Assembly: GCA_020718105.1 (NCBI GenBank) | Contig: DYDA01000009.1 | Location: 2,783-66,782, forward strand | Length of the DNA stretch: 64,000 nucleotides | Direction: 5' to 3' | DNA from: Micavibrio sp. | GTDB taxonomy: Bacteria > Pseudomonadota > Alphaproteobacteria > UBA9219 | Shown: positions 1-10,200 of the stretch, piece after piece | Numbering within the stretch: the first letter of the stretch is position 1 | How the letters are laid out: each line of letters begins with the position of its first letter | Made by a program: the position numbers and the translations under genes | Notes under the pieces: generated by a model | Seen by the model: the letters and a program-made list of their open reading frames with translations, nothing else | The model's database searches: none | What the model was told of the DNA's origin: nothing

Positions 1-47
1 CTGTTGATGATCGCGAAGCCAGTTTCCTTCCGCCGCCCGTTTCTCTC

Positions 48-1886
48 TTGCCTACAGAAAAAGCCAAAACGGAAGGGGGCTCTAAAATTAAGGAGCCGGA
101 AGAGGCTGCCCCAGAGGAAAAAGATTTAACCGTTCCCCCTCCTTTTAAAGAGCAAGTTAATGAGCAAAAGGAGCCAGCGCCCATCGTTTCGACAACGGCG
201 GCGGTTCCCGCCGCGCCTCCTTCCGCGCCCCCGTCAATGTCAGAGCCGGTTGTTTTGGCCGAGCCTGTCGCGTCAGCGCCGTTGGCCGATGTTGATCCTG
301 AAACAGTGGGTTTGTTGTCTTCGGATAATGGCGGTCTTGGAACGTCTTTGTGGAGCCATACGGCAAGGCCTGTTGTTGATCTTTTAATGCCGGTCGTGAG
401 CTTACCAACAGACTCGGCGGCGCTTAACGATCTGGCGCGTCGTCTGTTCATGAGTACGGCGGCCGCGCCCTTGCCCGCAGCGAACGGCGAGAAACCTCAG
501 CGCAATCTTATCGCGCAGCGAATTGAGGGGTTGATGGCTTTGGGCGCGGTGAGTGAGGCTTGGGCGCTGGCGTCTTTGGCTGAGGCGAAATGGGTGGATG
601 CCGTGACGCTTCGACAATTGACTGAGGCTGCTATTATCGGTCAACACAGCGAAGACGTGTGTAAGAAAATACCGGCCATGATGGAGGCTCATGGAAAAAC
701 AGAAGAAGCCAAAGACGAATGGCAGAAGGCTCTTTTGATTTGCCAGCTTCGCGCCAAAGACGATAAGGCTGTTCAGTTGGGACTTGATTTGATGCGCGAA
801 CAGCAAGTCAAGGACGATATCTTCCTATCGCTTATGAATCGCAATGTGATAGGGGGAAGTAAGCAGCTGCCGCGCCAACTGACGCCGCTGCGTCCCATGG
901 TGCTGGCCGCCTTGCGGCAGATAGAAGTTCCCTTGCCGCCTGAGCTTTACGCGCATCCCGATGCTGCGTTGATTCCTGAACTTCTTTTGACCAAAGCGGT
1001 TGATGATAAGGCTCGCCTTTCTTTGGCGGAGAGGGCGGCAGCGAAAGGCGTGATTGCCGCGCGCGCTTTGGCGGCGGTCTATCAAAGCGTTACCTTGACG
1101 CCTGAAGAAGTGGCCGCCATGAACGGCAGTGTTGAAAAAGGGCCTCGCGCTCATGCTGTTCTTTATCAGGCGATGAAAAATGAACAATCTGCGACGAAGA
1201 AGATTGAGCTTGTTCAAAAATATCTAGAGGACATCGATCCTACGGTTTTATGCGGGGGGCAAGGCCCCTTGCTGGCCGAGATTGTCGGCACGATTCCTGT
1301 GACGGCAGAGGCTCAATCTTTTGCTTATGTGGCGGCGCGGCTTTTCGTGTTGGTGGGAAAGCCGGATCAGGCGATGGCTTGGCTGACTTTGGCACAGGAT
1401 AACGCGGCAAAATCGCCTGTTGTGGCGCAAAGCCTCGCCTCCTCTTGGCCGCTCTTTGTCACTGCAGGGCTTGTGCCAGATGGCCAGTATGCCGCAGGGT
1501 TGCGCTCATGGCTTGATGCCCGCCTTATGGAAACAGAGGACGGCAATCGCCTTCATGCGCAGCGCGAAAAGGCGGGGCAAACCTTGCTGGTGCTTGCGGC
1601 GCTTGGCTATGCCGTGCCGGAAGAAGTATGGCAGCGCGTGATCAGCATATCGCCGCCGACCAAGCAAATGACGCCCTCGCCCCTTCTTCTTGATCGTTTA
1701 AGGCAGGCCGCTTCGGCCAATCGAAAGGGCGAGGCCGTTTTGCTTGGCCTTATCCTTATGGGCAGCAACGCGGGTGATGCGTCGTTGGGGGTGAAGGTGG
1801 AAATTATCCGCGCCTTGCGCCTTTTGGGGCTGACCGCTGAGGCGCAGGCTTTGGCGCGTGAAGTGATCGTGGCGTTGCCTGATTAA
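48..1886 (+). CDS. Hypothetical helical protein upstream of xerD (probably starts before the window)
   Basis: 612-aa ORF with a Pro/Ala-rich N-terminal linker then a GLGTSLW motif and helical body; stop lies 2 nt before the xerD start. Confidence 0.7.
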   Translation: MPTEKAKTEGGSKIKEPEEAAPEEKDLTVPPPFKEQVNEQKEPAPIVSTTAAVPAAPPSAPPSMSEPVVLAEPVASAPLADVDPETVGLLSSDNGGLGTSLWSHTARPVVDLLMPVVSLPTDSAALNDLARRLFMSTAAAPLPAANGEKPQRNLIAQRIEGLMALGAVSEAWALASLAEAKWVDAVTLRQLTEAAIIGQHSEDVCKKIPAMMEAHGKTEEAKDEWQKALLICQLRAKDDKAVQLGLDLMREQQVKDDIFLSLMNRNVIGGSKQLPRQLTPLRPMVLAALRQIEVPLPPELYAHPDAALIPELLLTKAVDDKARLSLAERAAAKGVIAARALAAVYQSVTLTPEEVAAMNGSVEKGPRAHAVLYQAMKNEQSATKKIELVQKYLEDIDPTVLCGGQGPLLAEIVGTIPVTAEAQSFAYVAARLFVLVGKPDQAMAWLTLAQDNAAKSPVVAQSLASSWPLFVTAGLVPDGQYAAGLRSWLDARLMETEDGNRLHAQREKAGQTLLVLAALGYAVPEEVWQRVISISPPTKQMTPSPLLLDRLRQAASANRKGEAVLLGLILMGSNAGDASLGVKVEIIRALRLLGLTAEAQALAREVIVALPD

Positions 1887-1888
1887 GG

Positions 1889-2833
1889 GTGGCGCGTATG
1901 TCTTCCCCTTGCCTTTTAATAGAGCCTTTCTTGGACATGATGTTGGCCGAGCGTGGCGCGTCGACCAATACCCGCGCCGCGTATGCTAGCGATCTGGCTT
2001 TTGCGGCAACCTTTATGACGGTCAAGCGCAAAGTCAATTTAGAGCAAGCGAATGAAGAGGATATTCGTGCCTATATCGTACAGGAGCTTCGTGCCGCAGC
2101 GCCGCGCACACAAGGCCGCCGATTATCCGCGCTTCGCCAGTTTTTCCGTTTTTTGGCTTCAGAGAAAATGCGCGATGATGATCCAACGCGTCATATTGAT
2201 GCGCCTCGTTTAGGGCGCTCTTTGCCCAAGTATCTCAGCGAAAAAGAAGTGCTCTCGCTGATCAAAGTTGTCAGCAAGATGCAGGGGCGCGAGGGGGCGC
2301 GGCTTCGTGCGCTGTTAGAGCTTCTCTATGCGTCGGGGCTGCGCGTCAGCGAACTGGTGAGTTTGCCGCTGGGAGCCGTTCTATTTGATCGTGGCGTTGT
2401 GCAGGTGCGCGGTAAGGGGGGCAAAGAGCGCGTTGTTCCGTTGGGTGATCCTGCGGTTGAAGCGGTGAAAGCGTGGATCGATTATCGCGCCCGTTTTCAA
2501 AAAGAGCGCGGCATGAAATCCGCGTTTCTTTTTCCCTCGGCGCAGTCCAAGACAGGCTACCTTACGCGCCAGCGCTTTTTTCAAAAGCTAAAACAGGTTG
2601 GCCTTGAGGCAGGGCTTGCGCCAGAGAGGCTTAGCCCTCACGTTTTACGTCATGCTTTTGCGACGCATTTAATCGAACATGGCGCGGATTTACGCAGTGT
2701 GCAGACGATGCTCGGCCATGCCGATATCGCGACGACGCAAATATACACGCATGTTGCCAGCGAACGCCTTGCTCAAACAGTGGCTGAACATCATCCGTTG
2801 GCAGATCAAAAAACAGCGAAAAGACGGCCTTGA
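1889..2833 (+). CDS. xerD: Site-specific tyrosine recombinase XerD
   Basis: ERGASTNTRAAY N-terminus, LYASGLRVSEL, GKGGKERVVP, SPHVLRHAFATHL, LGHADIATTQIYTHV. Confidence 0.92.
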   Translation: MARMSSPCLLIEPFLDMMLAERGASTNTRAAYASDLAFAATFMTVKRKVNLEQANEEDIRAYIVQELRAAAPRTQGRRLSALRQFFRFLASEKMRDDDPTRHIDAPRLGRSLPKYLSEKEVLSLIKVVSKMQGREGARLRALLELLYASGLRVSELVSLPLGAVLFDRGVVQVRGKGGKERVVPLGDPAVEAVKAWIDYRARFQKERGMKSAFLFPSAQSKTGYLTRQRFFQKLKQVGLEAGLAPERLSPHVLRHAFATHLIEHGADLRSVQTMLGHADIATTQIYTHVASERLAQTVAEHHPLADQKTAKRRP

Positions 2834-2899
2834 AAGAAAGAAGAAAATGGATAAGAGTATTATCCTCTTTGTTTTTCACCTCTTATTAGGAGTTTTCCT

Positions 2900-3274
2900 A
2901 TGAAACATTCTGTGACGTTTTATCTTGCTCTGCTTGCGTTGTCTTTCACTGTGACAGTTGGCGCGCAGGCGCAAAATGCGGCACCTGTTGCTGGCAATGA
3001 TGCGCTAAAACAGGAAATGCAAACGCTAAAAAATTCGATGAAGGGTGATGCGGAAACACTTAAGGCCGCGCAAGGCGAAATTAAGGCGATTAAGGAAAAG
3101 GTCAAGCCCAGCGCTGATCGCCTTAAGGCCAACCGTGAGAAGATGAAGTCGCTGCGGGAACAAGCCAAAGAATCTCGTCAAGCACACCGCGAACAACGCA
3201 AAACAAAGATTCAAGAAAAGCTACAAGAAAAAGCTGGCGCGGCCTCTGCTCCTGCCACCACACCAGCTCCGTAA
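2900..3274 (+). CDS. Small secreted coiled-coil protein
   Basis: AGGAG RBS, Sec signal ending AQA, Lys/Glu-rich helical body. Confidence 0.7.
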   Translation: MKHSVTFYLALLALSFTVTVGAQAQNAAPVAGNDALKQEMQTLKNSMKGDAETLKAAQGEIKAIKEKVKPSADRLKANREKMKSLREQAKESRQAHREQRKTKIQEKLQEKAGAASAPATTPAP

Positions 3275-3283
3275 CAGCGTTTT

Positions 3284-4168
3284 TTACGATGTGCGTTTCC
3301 CTAAATAGAACCATTCCTCTCCTAAGCTGACTTTGCTGTTGGGGAGCATGATAAAGGCGTCGTGATCTGCCGTTTCTTGCGTTCCATCGTGATAGATGGC
3401 GATCACTTCCCCTTTTTTAATAGGGTCAAGGTGTTTCCATTTTTTGACAAACCGTCCTTTTTGGTGTTTTGAAAAGACCTTATATCCTTTTACGGTAAGT
3501 GGCGTTGAGGTCATTTTCGTCTTCTTTTTTATTGGAGCCGTTAGCCCAAGAAAACTCATGGCAGATAAGATGGCTTTTTCCGCGATAAGGATGGCGTTGG
3601 GATCGTTGTGTTGCCCACATTCGATGACGACTCCTGTTTTTCCTTGACTGTGGGCATAGGATACCGTGTCACCCTCATTGATAACGGCGGCATTGGGGGC
3701 TGTATACATCTCAAGCCAGCCCGTCACAATAGTGTGGGAACCAAGGCATTGGGCAAACGCTTTTGTCTTCTTGTCCACTGTGTCTTGAAAGACAAAAGCG
3801 GGACCTTCTGCTTCATAAGAATGAATATCCAGAAGGTAATCGCAAGTATCGATCCAAGGGATTAAGTGGCTGGCTAGTTTCTCTTCATATAATTTTGGTA
3901 TGGGTTGCTGCGCAATGACGCGATTGAGGTTTTTTTCAATATACCGTTTTCCCTTTTTATAGGCCAGTGGATTGCAGATGGGCACAAATGTTACGCTGCC
4001 CTTGTCAAGGGGTATGAGCCCTTTTTTTAAACGGAAAATAATTTTTTGAATAGCGGCAGGCCCACAAATCTCATTGCCGTGAATCGCGCTGAAAACAAGA
4101 AGGTTAGGGCCGTTCTTAAGGGAAGAGAAAGTGTGAACTTCATGCATGTGGTAAAAAGATGGCTTCAT
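3284..4168 (-). CDS. Succinylglutamate desuccinylase/aspartoacylase (M14-like) family protein
   Basis: IHGNEICG, NLNR, LLDIHS and IECGQH zinc-carboxypeptidase motifs. Confidence 0.85.
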   Translation of the reverse strand: MKPSFYHMHEVHTFSSLKNGPNLLVFSAIHGNEICGPAAIQKIIFRLKKGLIPLDKGSVTFVPICNPLAYKKGKRYIEKNLNRVIAQQPIPKLYEEKLASHLIPWIDTCDYLLDIHSYEAEGPAFVFQDTVDKKTKAFAQCLGSHTIVTGWLEMYTAPNAAVINEGDTVSYAHSQGKTGVVIECGQHNDPNAILIAEKAILSAMSFLGLTAPIKKKTKMTSTPLTVKGYKVFSKHQKGRFVKKWKHLDPIKKGEVIAIYHDGTQETADHDAFIMLPNSKVSLGEEWFYLGKRTS

Positions 4169-4181
4169 GGTTTCCTCCCGT

Positions 4182-4898
4182 TTACTTAATATCTAAAGCG
4201 CAGAAATGTAAGACATACCCGTTCTTATCATCTGTTCTGGATAAAGCGTGCCCCCGATGGCCTTTATTGAATAACTCTTTCGCCGTGGTAAACGCTTTGA
4301 CGGGATCAAGCGAGAGTGTTGTGAGCGGCTTTAAACTTGACGGCGCAGCGTCAAGCGCTTTATGGACGAACAGAAGGAGGCATCCGTCATCGGGATCGAT
4401 GGAGGCATGTGTTACATGGTAGCCCATCTTTAAAAAGCCCTTAAGGCTTGCGGGATTGGCGGCCGCAACTTCTCCCATCGCATGGGTTCTCCCTTGTGTT
4501 TTGCAGAGCTGTTCCCTTGTGGCAATCAGCTCACCATGAAGGCCTTTTTTTCTGTGATCGGGGTCAACGACGCTGTTTTGAATAACACTTAGTAACGTGG
4601 GACAGCACGGCAAGGTTTGGGGCTTGATGAGCATATCGGCCGTTGGCCAGCTCTTTGTAGGAAAAACAATGCCGCCATAGCTTACAAGTGTTCCGTCTTG
4701 AGCAGCATGACCTATCATTGTTCCCCATTGTGTCATTCTTTGATGAAACTGTTCAGCTGTTTTGGGAACAATGAAATTCTTGTTGAGTGGGGAGAGGTGA
4801 TCGATGACCTTTTTTTGAAGCGCCATGATTTGCGGAAGATCGCTTGGAGAGAGCTGTTTAAGAATATAAGTCTGCGTGCAGGGAGTAATAATAGACAT
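4182..4898 (-). CDS. GNAT-family acyltransferase
   Basis: VVDPDHRKKGL acetyl-CoA motif and NPASLKGFLKMGY; AAGGAG RBS before ATG 4898. Confidence 0.75.
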   Translation of the reverse strand: MSIITPCTQTYILKQLSPSDLPQIMALQKKVIDHLSPLNKNFIVPKTAEQFHQRMTQWGTMIGHAAQDGTLVSYGGIVFPTKSWPTADMLIKPQTLPCCPTLLSVIQNSVVDPDHRKKGLHGELIATREQLCKTQGRTHAMGEVAAANPASLKGFLKMGYHVTHASIDPDDGCLLLFVHKALDAAPSSLKPLTTLSLDPVKAFTTAKELFNKGHRGHALSRTDDKNGYVLHFCALDIK

Positions 4899-5238
4899 GA
4901 TCGTGTCTCCTTTTTCTTTTTGATTGTGCCGTTGAAGAAAGCCTATTTCGCAGCGCAAGGAATCGTCTTGCGCGAGGGGGGATCAACGTCGTCGGCATAA
5001 AACAAGAAAGAAAAGGGATTTATAGAGCATAAAAACTTAGCCTCTTATTGGGGTAAAAGAGTGGTGGTTGGCGGTGTTTTGGGGAAAGGTCTGCGCAGCA
5101 GACAAGCGTGATGAGGCGGCGTTAGCCGCGTCGCAATGAAGAAAGAAAGGTTGAGTGTGCGAACATCATCATGATGAGCACTGTGCTAGATCAATGGTGA
5201 AAAAGCAAGATAAAAAATTACTTGTAGGCATGGAAAAG

Positions 5239-5275
5239 AAAAAAGGCGGTCTCTTTTTCAGAGGCCGCCTTTTTT
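5239..5275. terminator. Bidirectional intrinsic terminator after bactofilin gene
   Basis: A6-GGCGGTCTCT-loop-AGAGGCCGCC-T6 hairpin. Confidence 0.8.
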
Positions 5276-5299
5276 ATCGGTTGTTTGCGAAGGCGAAAA

Positions 5300-5947
5300 C
5301 TAACCGCCGACGGCTGTTTTGCGAGAGAAGAGGGCGGGATCTTCGTCCCCGTCTTGCGTGGCGGTGAACTTGGCTGCGCTTTTAAAGCTTGGCTTATTGG
5401 GCTGCGTGTTGGACGACGCTGCGCCGCCACCGACGACAGACATCTCTCCGATGATCTGGCCGCCTGCATTCACTTCTAATTCACCATACTTGATGATGCC
5501 AGTGATGCGTCCTGTGCCACGAAGGGTTAGGCGTCCATGAACGGTCAAATCACCGTCATAGCGACCCGCAATATCGGCGTTCTCAATTTCAACGCTGCCG
5601 CGAAATTGGCCTGTCTCGGTGATCTCCAGCAATTTTCCATCGGAAAGCTTTGCCTCGACCTTGCCTTCGACGACCAGAACATCGCACGCGGTGATTTCAC
5701 CGGCGAGGGATAGACCCTTACCTACCGTCAGTTTACGCTCGCCCGTATCGCCGCCACGATCAACGGGCGTTGCCGCACGGCGGCTGTGAGAGGGTTCGGG
5801 AGAGCGGCGCAAATGGGGGGCTGTCGCGGGGCTCATAGAGCGAGGCGCATCGGGCATGGCGCGTGGTGTAGCGGGGCTTTGCATGGACGTATCCTGCTGT
5901 TCTTGCATTGGTTCAGTCTCTTCGTTGATATCTTTGCGTCCAAACAT
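5300..5947 (-). CDS. Bactofilin (polymer-forming cytoskeletal protein)
   Basis: MFGRK membrane-targeting N-terminus; LTVGKGLSLAGEITACDVLVVEGKV beta-helix repeats. Confidence 0.88.
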   Translation of the reverse strand: MFGRKDINEETEPMQEQQDTSMQSPATPRAMPDAPRSMSPATAPHLRRSPEPSHSRRAATPVDRGGDTGERKLTVGKGLSLAGEITACDVLVVEGKVEAKLSDGKLLEITETGQFRGSVEIENADIAGRYDGDLTVHGRLTLRGTGRITGIIKYGELEVNAGGQIIGEMSVVGGGAASSNTQPNKPSFKSAAKFTATQDGDEDPALFSRKTAVGG

Positions 5948-6234
5948 TCTTGATTCCCCCTTCGAAACGATCAAGCTATAAGCTTATTTATAGAGCCGCT
6001 AGGGGCGTATGGCCTCCCTCGCTCTTATGTCTTGGCAGTAGCATGAAAAAGGTTGGGCAGGCAAGATATTTGGAGCCCTATTTTCAGTGTATTATGGGGA
6101 TAACATGAATCCGTTTGGCAAATCAAAAGAGTAGCTTCTTGTTCTTGATTGAGCGGTTAAGGGCTAGCGGTAAGGCAAAAGGTAAGGTAGAAGATAGCGT
6201 TATCCTTAATTTTTCCTTCAAGAGGTCTTTATTC

Positions 6235-7260
6235 ATGGTTATCCGCACAGTCCCCCCCCATTCTGTTCCTGCTATTTATGACGTTTGCGCGGTGGGTAAT
6301 GCCATCGTTGACGTTATCGCCGATTGTGATGACTCTTTTTTGGAGCAGCATGGCATTGTCAAAGGCTCGATGACTTTGATCGACGAGGTACGCGCTGATT
6401 TTCTTTATAAAACGATGGGCCCTGGCATTGAAATGTCGGGCGGTTCTATCGCTAATTCGGCGGCGGGCATTGCTGCGCTTGGGGGCATGCCAACGTATAT
6501 TGGTAAGGTCAAAGATGATCAGTTGGGGGGGATTTTCCGCCACGATATGCGTTCTTCCGGCGTTCATTATCCGACGGCGCCTTCGACAACGGGGCCTGCG
6601 ACGGCGCGGTGTTTGATCCTTGTGACATCGGATGCGCAGCGCAGCATGAATACTTATTTGGGCGCTTGCGTTGATTTATCGGTTGAAGATATCGATGCGC
6701 AGCAAGTGGCCAATGCAAGTGTGACGCTGCTAGAGGGCTATTTGTTTGATAAGCCCAAGGCGCAGGAAGCCTTTCGCGTGGCGGCAAAAGTTTCGCATGA
6801 CGCGGGACGGCAATTGGCGCTGTCTCTTTCCGATACGTTTTGCGTGGATCGTCATCGTGATGGCTTTCAAGAATTAGTGCGTGATGAAGTGGATTGCTTG
6901 CTCACGAATGAGTTTGAGCTTATGTCTCTCTATCAAGTGGCGACGTTTGAAGAGGCCATCGCTATAGCGCGCACCTTGTGCAGCATTGTGGTTTGCACGC
7001 GTAGTGAAAAGGGTGCCGTCATCACAGCCGGGGCCGAGACCTATAAAATCGATGCGGAAAATGTTCCCGTTCTTCTTGATTCAACAGGCGCGGGAGATTT
7101 ATTTGCGGCGGGCTTTTTGTATGGCTTCACGCATGGGCATGATCTGCCGACCAGTGGTCGCATTGGTTCTATTGCCGCGGCTGAGGTTATCGGTCATTAC
7201 GGTCCTCGTCCCCAGCATGATTTAAAAGAACTGGTAAGAACAAAAGGCATCAAGATCTAA
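6235..7260 (+). CDS. PfkB-family adenosine/sugar kinase
   Basis: GNAIVD, SGGSIANS, DSTGAGDLFAAGF signature. Confidence 0.9.
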   Translation: MVIRTVPPHSVPAIYDVCAVGNAIVDVIADCDDSFLEQHGIVKGSMTLIDEVRADFLYKTMGPGIEMSGGSIANSAAGIAALGGMPTYIGKVKDDQLGGIFRHDMRSSGVHYPTAPSTTGPATARCLILVTSDAQRSMNTYLGACVDLSVEDIDAQQVANASVTLLEGYLFDKPKAQEAFRVAAKVSHDAGRQLALSLSDTFCVDRHRDGFQELVRDEVDCLLTNEFELMSLYQVATFEEAIAIARTLCSIVVCTRSEKGAVITAGAETYKIDAENVPVLLDSTGAGDLFAAGFLYGFTHGHDLPTSGRIGSIAAAEVIGHYGPRPQHDLKELVRTKGIKI

Positions 7261-7290
7261 ATTTCTTGGAGCAGAAAAATCGTTAGCGGC

Positions 7291-10200
7291 ATGAAAAAGC
7301 TTGTTTTAAAACGCGTGACGGCTGTTTCCCTTTTCTTTTTGTTGTCAAGCAGCTTTGTTCAAGCTGAACCCTTGATCACGAAAAAAGGAACGCCCCCTGT
7401 TTCCTTTAAGGTAACGGGACATAGTCTTCATGTTGAAGCGCCGCAAGCTGAGGTGTGTTTATCGTTTTCGCAGCCCTTTGACGAAAAGGATCGCGCCAAG
7501 ATTGTGGCGGGGCTTTCTGTCAAAAAAAATGGCAAGATTCAAAAAAGCGCGGTGGAAGACTTAAGCCTCACGCCACGGGATCTATGTGTTCAGGGATTGC
7601 AGCATCGTGCGACTTATCAGCTTGTTTTGCGTGGGTTGGCATCGAAGGCGGGCGAGCCGATGGCCTCGGCCTATACAGTGTCGTTTGCCGTTCCTGATCG
7701 TAAGGCCTCTTTGTCTTTTGTTGAGGACGGCGCCTTGTTCGCTCTGCCTCGTCATGTGAAAAAAGGCCAAACAGCGGTCGAAGAAAAGGGGCAGGCCAAC
7801 AAGGTGGACGGCATGGCGCACGTTTTGCGTTCCGTCAACATTTTGGCCACGCATTTAACGCTCTATCGTTTTGATGATCGTGCCGTTTTTGCAGGCGCGT
7901 GGCAGCAGTTTAAGCAAGCCCATTTGTCGCCTTCGGAAAGTCAGACGTTTGCGCGTGAAAAAGGAAAAGTGGTTTTCGAAAGCGATCTGGTTTTTGGCGA
8001 TCGCCCGAATGAAGAACAAACGCTTATAGCACCTCTACCGTTAGATGAAGCCTTGAGGGCAGGTCTTTATTATCTGGCGGCAACGCCTCGCGGGAAAGGT
8101 GGCATCGCGCCATCGCTCTTTGCGGGACAATGGTTTTTGGTGTCGGATTTGCGTGTTGCAACCATGATGGAAAACGAAGGCGTGAAGGCTGTCGTCTCTT
8201 CTAGCTCGGCGCAAGATTCGATAAAAGACGTGACCGTAGCCCTGTGGGCGCGGGATGGTAAGCTTGTGGCTGAGGCTAAGACGAAAGAAGACGGCTTGGC
8301 TTTCCTGCCCGTTAAAAATAAAGATGCGGGTTTTTTACTTTCTGCCCAAAGCGAAGAGGGGGCTTTGGATATTGTTGAGATAATGCCTTCTCGCGCCTTG
8401 CGCGATGAAGATAAAGAAAAAAGCGCGGCGCTTTTTCTGGATCGTGAGCGGTACGTTTTTTCAAAAACCGCGCTTGCTTTCTTACGCCCTTTGACCCCCA
8501 ACGCTCAAGGCGCGGGCAAGGAAGAAACCGTCCTTAAATTGCTTGATCCTGATCATCGCCTTGATCGTGAACAGATGATCGCGCCTTTTGGTCAAGAAAG
8601 CGTTCATGCGGCTTCTGTTTCCTTACCGTCGCATGGAAAAGCGGGTTTGTGGCTCTTGTCATGGCAGAAAAAAGACGGGCAAGTTCTTGCCCAAAAAGCG
8701 TTTCCTCTTTCTCTTTCGGATCAAGCGACGCGTGTTAGCATCATTGCCAGTCGCATGGGGGCTGAGGCTTCTTTACCCATAAGTGTAAGCGTTCAGGCGA
8801 ATGATGAAAAAGGAAACCCCTTGCCTTATCGCGAGGGTTTCTTAAGCGTTTCGCCCGCGCGGCCCTCTCTTGAAGGGTGGGAGGCCTATCGTTTTGGCGC
8901 GATGACCTCTGCGCAAAACGATAAAATAATCCGTAAAATCCCGTTCATAACGAACGGAGAGGGGATGTCGCTTTTATCTTTAGACACGGCGTCTCTTGAT
9001 CCTGCTTTTGATGCGCTTTCGTTTAAGGTCGTTTTGGACGAGGGGGCGGAGTCGGCGTCTGTTGTCCTACCGCTTTGGCGCACATCACCCTTTATTGGTC
9101 TTCGCGCTTTGCCTGATGAGCGGCCTTTGTTTCAAAATGGGTTAGCGCAGTTTGGTGTGATCGCCGTTGACCCTTCCAAAAAACGCGTGGCGCAAAATGA
9201 TTTGTATTACATCGTCTATGAAGAGGGGCGAAACTTTGAATGGTTCCCTTCCGAAGGAAACTGGGATTATAAAATGCTTCCTCAACATCGCCGCGTTGGC
9301 GGCGGCGCGCTTGCCCTGACGGCGTCCGGCGAAACCCGCGTCTCTTGGCCTGTGGCTACGGGGCGGTATTTTTTGGAAATCACGAATGCCCGTGGTGATG
9401 TTTTGGCGCGGCGCGGTTTTGAGGCAAGCTCACGCAGCGAACAAGTTGCTGATGCGTCCTTGGCGCAGAAAACAGGCGGAGAAACGAAGGCTGTTTTGCC
9501 TGCCGCGCAAACGCTTGGCGTTAAGGCCTTGGCGCTGCCTGTCATGATGGTTGGGGCGCCTTTTGTGATGAAAGCGCAAATCAGTGCCATGACAAAGGAA
9601 AAACCAACGATGGCCATGGCGATCCTTGCTTCGGATCAGCCTGATGAAATGATTGTGACAAAGCCCGCCGTTGTTGATGGCGAAGGCAAAGTCACGTTTC
9701 ATGCGACGCCCAAAGTTGCCGGAGCCATGACGCTTACGGTAATCGTGTGGAATGACAAACAGTGGGGGAAGGTAGCGGTGGCAGCGGAAGTGGTGACGCC
9801 CTTGCAAATCTCTGGCGATTTGCCTTCTGTTTTATGGCAAGGGGATCGTGCGCCTTTTTCTTTTGTCGTGGCTAATCACGCTGATGAAAAGGGACTCTAT
9901 ACCTATGAAATTAAAACGCCCCCTAACGTGACCTTGACGGGAGCGTCAAAGGGTAAAATTGATTTTCGAAAAATCAAAAAGCAGACGCTGCGCTTAACTC
10001 TTTTGGCACAGGGGAAAACGGATGGCCTTGTTCATTTTAAACTGACGTCTCCCCATGGGAAAACACAGGAACAAACGTGGCCTTTGCGCGTTATCCAAGA
10101 AGGTGCCCCCCTTCTGTCCGTTGAGCCTTTTTCGGTGGAGCCGGACAAGCTTTTTTTAAGCGATCAAAAGGCGCGGGCGTTGATGTTATCGCCTTTGCCG

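Noticed and set aside
1889-2833. Prophage integrase
   Set aside because: Motifs and context match housekeeping XerD
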